A stretch of 64,000 nucleotides of DNA, from positions 334 to 64,333 of the forward strand of contig JAQICV010000092.1 of the NCBI GenBank assembly GCA_027858315.1, written 5' to 3'. Position numbers and translations under genes: made by a program. A model generated the notes under the pieces. That model worked only from the letters and a program-made list of their open reading frames with translations, was not told the origin of the DNA and ran no database searches. Shown here piece by piece: positions 44,501-51,657 of this stretch. Position 1 is the stretch's first letter, and each line of letters opens with the position of its first letter. Source of the DNA: Candidatus Woesearchaeota archaeon (lineage in GTDB: Archaea; Nanobdellota; Nanobdellia; Woesearchaeales; UBA583).

Positions 44501-46848
44501 ATATTTTCCCTTTAAATAATACTTGGAGTAATGTTGAAGTTTATCAAAATTTCACTTATAATGTTACTAATGGTTTTTTTAATATGAGTCATTGTGAGTT
44601 ATATATTGATGATATTTTGGAGGATACAGATATTTCTATTACTAATGATGTGGATCAATATTTTAATATTAATCATTACTTTGTTGAGGGCAATCATAGT
44701 TGGTATGTTTCTTGTATTGAGGATTCTTCTAAGTTGCAGAGAGGAAATTCATCTAAATTTTTATTTTATGTAGATAAGACTACACCTAATGTTTCTTTAA
44801 TATCGCCATTGAATGATTCTTTTATTAATCAACAAAATATTAGTTTTGCTGCAAATTTTTCTGATTTAATGTTATTGGCTAATGCAACTTTATATGTTTG
44901 GGATGATTTAGGTCTTTTGTTGGGTACTAATTTTACTAGTATTTCTGGGACTTATAATTCTACTAATTTAAGTTTTAATTTCTTGACTGAGGGAACTTAT
45001 TATTGGAATTATTTAGTTTATGATTATGTAGGAAATAGTGTTTTTGCATTAAATAATTTTACAATTAACATAGATTTAATTAATCCTAATGTGACAATTA
45101 TTTCTCCTGTGAATCTTACGAAATCTAATGTTTTGAAGCAATTATTTGTTGCTAATTTTACTGATGATTTTGGTTTGAAAAATGCAACTCTAAGAGTTTA
45201 TGATTCAGTTGGTGCTTTGTTGGGTACAAATTTTACTAGTCTTTCTGGGCTTTCAGATTCTGTTAACTTGAGTTTTGATTTTGCTGGAGAGGGAATTTAT
45301 TATTGGAATTATCTGGTTTATGATGAGGCAGGTAATTTTAATGTTTTGAATGAGAATATTACCTTGTATCTTGATACAACTCTTCCAGTTGTAAATTTGA
45401 CATCGCCTTTGAATGCTTCTTTTGGTAATTATGTTCAATTGTTTTTAGGAAATTTTAGTGATAATGTTGCTTTGTGGAATTCAACTTTGCATGTTTGGAA
45501 TGAGACTGGTTCTTTGATATATTTGAATGATTCAATTGTTTTTGGGACTTTTAATTCTTCAAATCTTCAAATTGATTTTGTTGTGGAAGGTGCTTATTAT
45601 TGGAATTATTTAGTTTATGATGAAGCAGGGAATTATGCTTGGAATAGTGTTAATTATACTTTAATTATTGATTTGACTCCACCTATGATTGAGCTGGTTT
45701 CTCCAGAGAATGATACTGCTGTTAATATTAGTAAGAATTTTTTTGTTGGTAATTTTACTGATATTGTTGGATTGAAAAATTTTAGTCTTTTGGTTTATAA
45801 TTCTACTGGAGATTTAATTGGTGTTAACACTTCATTAATTTCTGGAAAATTTAATCAATCTAATTTGAGTTTTATTTTTCCTTATTCAGGGAAATTTAAA
45901 TGGACTTTTATTGCTTGTGATTTAGCAGCTAATTGCAATACTAGTATTTTGAATAGAACTATTTATATTGATTATATTGCACCTAAAATTTCTTTTATTC
46001 CAATTACTGATGCTAATAATAGTTACGTGAATAGATCTTGGACTTATATTAATGTTTCAATTTATGATTTGGTTCTAGATACTGTTACTTTAGAATTTGA
46101 TGGGGTGAATGAAACTATGTCTTGTACTGGTTCAACTCCTGATTATGTTTGTGGTATTAATAAGAGTATGTTAAAGAATAATCTATATACTTACAAAGTT
46201 TATGCTAATGATAGTTTAGGTAATATGAATGTTTCAGAGTTGAGATATATTAATATTAATAGAACTTTGCCAGTAATTACTGTTATTTTCCCTATTGATG
46301 GTATGAAGATTAGTTATGATGATATTATTGATTTTAATGTTACTACTTTGGTTGAGGCTGATAATGTATGGATGGAGTTTGATGCGAATTCTACTATTTA
46401 TAATTTGAATCAATATGCGCTTAAGAATTGGATTTTCACTTTAGCGAATCTTACTAGTGGTACTCGAAATTTAGTCTTTTATGCTAATGATTCTGTTGAT
46501 AATAGAGTAAATGCTTCGATTAGTTTTTATGTTATTCCTAATAAAAATATTGAAGTTAATAAAAGTATAACTTATTTGGGTGTTAATGCTTATACTGTTT
46601 TGATTAATATTACTAATTATGGAACTTATCAAGATTATATTTTCCATGACTTTATCGATTCTAATTTTAATTATTATGATTTGAGTTTGATTAATTCAGG
46701 ATTCTCAGCTATAGCTGGGACTTATGATGGTGATATGCTTACTTGGAATTTATCTCTTAATCAATTTGATTCTCAGACTATTTTATATAAGATGAATGGG
46801 ACTTCAGATTATAATTTGCTTGAGAATTTTGTTGTTGGGATGGATTAG
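38524..46848 (+). CDS. Giant (2774 aa) secreted multidomain surface protein with a MAM domain and tandem Ig-like repeats
   Basis: TTG start with signal/TM [17 protein letters not shown]. MAM-like segment [13 protein letters not shown]...[10 protein letters not shown]...[22 protein letters not shown]...[17 protein letters not shown]...[13 protein letters not shown]. Five roughly 100-aa repeats. The C-terminal module is shared with the two DUF2341 proteins. Confidence 0.85.
   Translation: [2774 protein letters not shown]
44770..46000 (+). repeat. In-frame tandem repeat, about 297-300 nt period, 4 clear copies plus 1 divergent copy (Ig-like domains)
   Basis: Conserved nucleotide block TATTATTGGAATTAT(T/C)T(A/G)GTTTATGAT at about 45000, 45298 and 45597. 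Protein units run P(N/V/M)V.L.SP.N......F.(A/G)NF(S/T)D...L.NATL.V(W/Y)...G.L.G.N.T...G..N.(S/T)NLSF.F...G.[9 protein letters not shown]..GN. An earlier isolated copy lies at about 41320-41630. Confidence 0.75.
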
Positions 46849-46885
46849 AGATAGTTTTATATAATTGTATTGTTTATGTTTGAAT

Positions 46886-47152
46886 ATGAATGATATTATA
46901 GTTGATTATTTGTTTGATGGATTTAAAAGGTTTGCTAAATGTGATTCGAATTTAATTGGAGGAGATATAATTTTATATTCAAATGGAAGATATGTTCAGG
47001 CAGCTTATGAGTCTGAAACTTTCACTCTATTTGCATTACCTAGTTTTGATATAATTTCTGCGACAGATAGTTTGGACTTTTTTATAAAAGAGTATGTTGA
47101 GAATAGTAATAATTCTAGAGTTAAATCTTTAGTTTCTAAATTTAGAGTATGA
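46886..47152 (+). CDS. Hypothetical small protein
   Basis: Short ORF after the giant gene. Start uncertain; the ORF-track start at 46865 is a non-ATG (TTG) codon. Confidence 0.35.
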   Translation: MNDIIVDYLFDGFKRFAKCDSNLIGGDIILYSNGRYVQAAYESETFTLFALPSFDIISATDSLDFFIKEYVENSNNSRVKSLVSKFRV

Positions 47153-47239
47153 ATTTATTTTTTTAATAATTATGAGAATTTTACTTTTTAACTCATCACA
47201 AATAAAATTTGTGACATTTTAATTCATTAATTGTTAATT

Positions 47240-47680
47240 TTATTCTTTTAAGAATTCGTGTAAAATCTTTTTTAATTCATTAATTGTTCTTTTACTGATT
47301 TTTTCTAGGTCATCTTTTGTTGCAAAATTCATTGGATCCCAAAGGTCAATGTATTTTTCTAATTTGGTTACTTCATCTTTTGTTGACATTAGTTTTAGTT
47401 GTTTAGTGATTTTAGAATTATAGTCTTTTATGTCAGCAACTTCTTCTTTTAGATCTCTTAAGTCTGTTCTAATTATATTCATATCATTGAATATTTTTTT
47501 AAAATTTTTAATTGAGTTATGGTCAATTAATTCGATTTTTTCATTAACAATATCTAGAGAACTTTCAAGGTCTTTTTGTCTCTCGACAACTGTTAAAATT
47601 GCTTTGGAATGAGTATCTACTTTATCTTTGAATTCAGTTTTTTCTTTTTCTCCTCCTGAACTAAATATATTTGAACTCAT
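47240..47680 (-). CDS. Coiled-coil protein, translationally coupled to the glycosyltransferase
   Basis: Heptad-rich, charged 146-aa protein. ATGA start/stop overlap with the upstream gene at 47677-47680. Confidence 0.55.
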   Translation of the reverse strand: MSSNIFSSGGEKEKTEFKDKVDTHSKAILTVVERQKDLESSLDIVNEKIELIDHNSIKNFKKIFNDMNIIRTDLRDLKEEVADIKDYNSKITKQLKLMSTKDEVTKLEKYIDLWDPMNFATKDDLEKISKRTINELKKILHEFLKE

Positions 47681-48936
47681 CTTCTTGATATTTCGTGATA
47701 TATGTTATAAATTTTTTGTGCTGGTAAATCCCAACTGAATTTGTCAAAGTTTCTATGTGCTTCTTCTCTTATGTGGGAGTGAAGAGGTTCATATCTTAAA
47801 AGTGAGATTATTTTATTTGCCATTTCTTCAGTGTCCCAAAAGTCTACTTTGAATGAATGGTCTAATACTTCGCTTATTCCTGATTGTTTTGATATAATTG
47901 TAGGTGTTCCTTTTGCAACTGCTTCAAGAGGTACTAATCCGAAAGGTTCTGATACTGAAGGCATAACAAAACAGTCTGCAGTTCCGAAAAGTATGTCTGC
48001 TTCTTTTCTTGTATATACTCCAAAAAATAATAAGTTTTTTCCAATATCTAATTCTGCTCCAAGTTCTATCATTTTTGGAAGCATGTCTCCACTTCCTGCC
48101 ATTATGAATTTTGTATTTGGTTCGTAGTCTAAAACTTTTCTTGCTGCTCTTACAAAAAATTCCGGACCTTTTTGTGTTGTAATTCTTCCTGCAAAGAGAA
48201 CAATCTTGTCTTCTTTTTTTACAACATTTTGTCTTTCAAGTGTTGGTCTTAAATCAGATACTCCACCATTGTGTACTACTCTGATTTTCTCAGAATTAAT
48301 TCCATAGTTGTTGTTTAATCTATCTTTTACAAAATTACTTACTGCAAGTAATACATCAGCTCTCTCAAATCCTTCTTTTTCTATTTTGAAAATTTCAGGG
48401 TTTGCACCGGCACCACCTGTTTTGTCAAATTCAGTGATGTGAACATGAAGTATCACTGGTTTTCCTGTAAGTTCTTTTAGAAGTAAAGCTGCAGGGATTG
48501 ATGTCCAATCATGAGCATGAATTACGTCAAAATCATCATTCATACATAGGGCTGCGACTCTTTTTGCATAAAGATAAACCTCTTTTAAAATGTTTGGTCC
48601 ATATAAATCTTTTAGATTTTTATCTTCACAAAATTCAGACTCGTTTCTTAGTATATTTTGGAATCTACTTCTATATGTTGAAAATGAATCATAAGCATAT
48701 AATAGTGTATCTACATTTTTTATTTTTAGGTCAAAATCTATATTTTTTATTGGCTGATTTGCGGACCTAATTTTTAGTTTAGAACTATGTTGTTTTTCCT
48801 TAGGTCCATATGGCATGATGTAAGTTATGTCAATGTTGTCAATTTTACTCAAAGATTTTGTTAGTTCATAGCAGGCAATACCTAAACCTCCTGCAAAATA
48901 TGGTGGGAACTCCCAACCTAACATTAAAACTTTCAT
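47677..48936 (-). CDS. GT-B glycosyltransferase (GT4/GT5), glycogen-synthase-like
   Basis: MKVLMLGWEFPPYFAGGLGIACYEL N-terminus, HAHDW, and FVMPSVSEPFGLVPLEAVAKGTPTI (E-x7-E motif). Confidence 0.7.
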   Translation of the reverse strand: MKVLMLGWEFPPYFAGGLGIACYELTKSLSKIDNIDITYIMPYGPKEKQHSSKLKIRSANQPIKNIDFDLKIKNVDTLLYAYDSFSTYRSRFQNILRNESEFCEDKNLKDLYGPNILKEVYLYAKRVAALCMNDDFDVIHAHDWTSIPAALLLKELTGKPVILHVHITEFDKTGGAGANPEIFKIEKEGFERADVLLAVSNFVKDRLNNNYGINSEKIRVVHNGGVSDLRPTLERQNVVKKEDKIVLFAGRITTQKGPEFFVRAARKVLDYEPNTKFIMAGSGDMLPKMIELGAELDIGKNLLFFGVYTRKEADILFGTADCFVMPSVSEPFGLVPLEAVAKGTPTIISKQSGISEVLDHSFKVDFWDTEEMANKIISLLRYEPLHSHIREEAHRNFDKFSWDLPAQKIYNIYHEISRR

Positions 48937-49054
48937 TTAATAATACATATTATAAATTGTTTATACAATTTAGTCTTTACTGTTGAATTAAAATATATTA
49001 GGACTTGCTTTTAGAGTTACGAAATGTTTTCATAAAGATTACACATTTAGTTCT

Positions 49055-50680
49055 ATGGAAAAATTAGGATCTTTGTTTGAGATCTCATGGGAAGTGTGTA
49101 ATAAAGTTGGTGGAATTCATACTGTTATTTCTTCAAAAGTGCCTCAAATTGGAAATAAATTTGAAAATTATTTTACTGTTGGACCTTACCTTAAAGGCAA
49201 TACTGATGAGTTTAATTCGATTGAAGTTCCTGAAGAATTTAAAAATGAAGTTTTAGAACTTGAGAATTTAGGAATTAAAGTTCATTTTGGTGAGTGGAAA
49301 ATTGAAGGAAGACCTAAAGTAATTCTAGTTGAGCATAGTGGATATTCTTCACATATTAATGAGATTAAATCTTTACTTTGGGATAAGTATGAAATCGATT
49401 CACTTAATTCTGATTGGTATGATTTTGATGAGGTTATTTTGTGGTCTTGGTGTTGTGGTATTGTTTGTGAGAAAATAGGAAATAAAATTGTAGGAGAGGT
49501 TTTTGTTCATTCTCATGAATGGATGTCTGGTGGTGCTATTTTTTATTTGAAAAATTTTGCAAGAGATAATTTTAAAACAGTTTTTACAACTCATGCAACT
49601 ATGCTTGGTAGAACTATTTGTGGTACTGGTGATGATGTATATAAATTGCTTGAAAATGTTGATTCAGACAAGAAAGCATATGAATTAGGAGTTTATACGA
49701 AACATCAAACTGAGAGAGCACTTGCAAAATTTGCAGATTGTTTTACAACAGTTTCTCATATTACTAATAAAGAGGCTAAGTATCTTTATGGTAAGGAAGC
49801 TGATGTAATTTTATATAATGGTTTTGATAATTTTGATTTTGAATTTTTACATAATTTAGATATGGTTCATAAAATGTCAAATGAGAGAATTAAAGATTTT
49901 GCAGAGCATTTTTTTAGACCTTTTTATGATGTTAATTTTTCAAATACTAAGTTTTTTTATACTAGTGGGAGAAACGAATTTAGGAATAAGGGGGTTGATG
50001 TTTATATTGAATCACTTTCAAAATTAAATAAGAAGTTGAAGGATGAAAATTCTAGCAAACAATTGGTTAATTTTTTCCTTATTCCGATTGGAAATTTTGA
50101 TGTTAATGAAACTGTTTTAAAATCTATTAAAGGAGAAGATATTAAAGAGGATTTAATGGGAGTTGCGCCACTTTCTACTCATAGTGTTCCTTACGATAAT
50201 GAGATTATTAAAGCATTTATTGACGGAAGTCTTTTGAATAGAAAAGATGATAAAGTAAAAGTTATTTTGATGCCAGTTTATTTAAATGGTAATGATGGAT
50301 TTTTGAATACTCCTTATTATGATACAATTCTTGGTTTTGATTTAGGAGTTTTCCCTTCATTTTATGAGCCTTGGGGTTATACGCCACTAGAGAGTATTGC
50401 TTATGGAGTACCTACAGTTACTTCCGATTTAGCAGGTTTTGGAAGGGCAATTGTTAGAGATTTTACTGAGAATATTTCAACAAAGGTTTTGATGCGTGAG
50501 AGTCAAAATTCAGATGAAACTGTAATTGACTTGTTTAATTATTTTGAGGATTTTTTGAATAAATCTGATGAAGAAATTAGAAAACAAAAAGAAGAGTCAG
50601 TTTTATTTTCAAGTAATTTTAGTTGGAAAAAATTTGTAGAGAATTATATGAGAGCTTATAATATTGCTAAGAATAAATAA
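49055..50680 (+). CDS. GT3-family (eukaryote-type) glycogen synthase
   Basis: LFEISWEVCNKVGGIHTVISSKV and FPSFYEPWGYTPLESIAYGVPTVTSDLAGFG are hallmark GT3 glycogen synthase motifs. Confidence 0.8.
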   Translation: MEKLGSLFEISWEVCNKVGGIHTVISSKVPQIGNKFENYFTVGPYLKGNTDEFNSIEVPEEFKNEVLELENLGIKVHFGEWKIEGRPKVILVEHSGYSSHINEIKSLLWDKYEIDSLNSDWYDFDEVILWSWCCGIVCEKIGNKIVGEVFVHSHEWMSGGAIFYLKNFARDNFKTVFTTHATMLGRTICGTGDDVYKLLENVDSDKKAYELGVYTKHQTERALAKFADCFTTVSHITNKEAKYLYGKEADVILYNGFDNFDFEFLHNLDMVHKMSNERIKDFAEHFFRPFYDVNFSNTKFFYTSGRNEFRNKGVDVYIESLSKLNKKLKDENSSKQLVNFFLIPIGNFDVNETVLKSIKGEDIKEDLMGVAPLSTHSVPYDNEIIKAFIDGSLLNRKDDKVKVILMPVYLNGNDGFLNTPYYDTILGFDLGVFPSFYEPWGYTPLESIAYGVPTVTSDLAGFGRAIVRDFTENISTKVLMRESQNSDETVIDLFNYFEDFLNKSDEEIRKQKEESVLFSSNFSWKKFVENYMRAYNIAKNK

Positions 50681-50684
50681 GTAA

Positions 50685-51587
50685 ATGATTAAAAAAAATA
50701 ATCGAGTTCATTTGTATTTGGATTCACATTTGAATCAATTTTCAAATGTTTCTTTAGGTTTAGTTTTGCGTGGATTGGGAGCAGAATTAAAGGTAGTATA
50801 TATTAATTCAGATTTTTCTGGTGAGAGTTTTTTGCAAGAGTTTCCAATAGATTTTTTTTCTTATGATAATTTTGATTTAAGTCGAAGTTATGATTTAATT
50901 GTTTTTGATAATTGTGATTTAGATAAATTATCATTTGAGAGAATTCGAGAAATCGCAGAAAATAAAGAAATTTATGGAGAAATAGTTTTTACTTTTTCTA
51001 AAAAAGAAGACTTTGAAAAAGTTTTTGATTTTTCAGATTTAATTAGTGATTTTGATTATTTACAAGTTGATTTGGAAAAGAGTAATATTTCAAATATTAC
51101 TGGAAATGGAAAGGGGAAGAGTACTTTTTGTTTTGGAGAGATTTTTAGACAATTTATCTCAGGAAAAAAAGTTAAACTTATTTATTTTGATAAAGGAGGA
51201 GATTTCTATTCTGAGAGGTTTTTGTTTGATAAAATGAAGATACCATATTTTGTTTCTGGAACTCAAAGATTTGATGGGAAAAAATTCAGATTTGAAAATA
51301 TTGATGAAGATTTTACTGAAGCAAAATTTGGTTTAGAAGAACTTAAGAAATCAGTTGACGAATATGATTTAGTTGTTGCAGAGGAATTAAATACAACAAT
51401 TAAAACTGGACTTTTAGGGTTGGAAGAAGTTTTAGAAGTTGTTAAAATGTTTGATTCTAATTTAATTATTTCAGGAAGATATGCAAATGATAACTTACTT
51501 GAAAATTGTTTTAGAAAGATTGAGGTTAAAGATATTAGACATTATTCTAATAAAGGTTTTGTAGTGAAAAAAGGGATTGATTTTTGA
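50685..51587 (+). CDS. CobA/CobO/BtuR-like P-loop protein with a degenerate N-terminal duplicate
   Basis: The C-terminal half (ITGNGKGKSTFCFGE...KVKLIYFDKGG...YDLVVAEELN...GLLGLEEVLEVV...NLIISGR...VKDIRHYSNKGFVVKKGIDF) is colinear with corrinoid adenosyltransferase BtuR. The N-terminal 130 aa has a similar strand pattern but no P-loop. Starts 4 nt after the GT3 gene. Confidence 0.7.
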   Translation: MIKKNNRVHLYLDSHLNQFSNVSLGLVLRGLGAELKVVYINSDFSGESFLQEFPIDFFSYDNFDLSRSYDLIVFDNCDLDKLSFERIREIAENKEIYGEIVFTFSKKEDFEKVFDFSDLISDFDYLQVDLEKSNISNITGNGKGKSTFCFGEIFRQFISGKKVKLIYFDKGGDFYSERFLFDKMKIPYFVSGTQRFDGKKFRFENIDEDFTEAKFGLEELKKSVDEYDLVVAEELNTTIKTGLLGLEEVLEVVKMFDSNLIISGRYANDNLLENCFRKIEVKDIRHYSNKGFVVKKGIDF

Positions 51588-51657
51588 GAATTTAGTTTTT
51601 TGTGTTACTTATCAGTAAATCTTAAAGTTAATATAAGAATAATTTAATAGGATTATT

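Noticed and set aside
44770-46000. Regularly spaced repeats that could suggest a CRISPR-like array
   Set aside because: The period is about 300 nt and the repeats are in-frame coding domains within one long ORF. No short repeat-spacer structure exists anywhere in the window.
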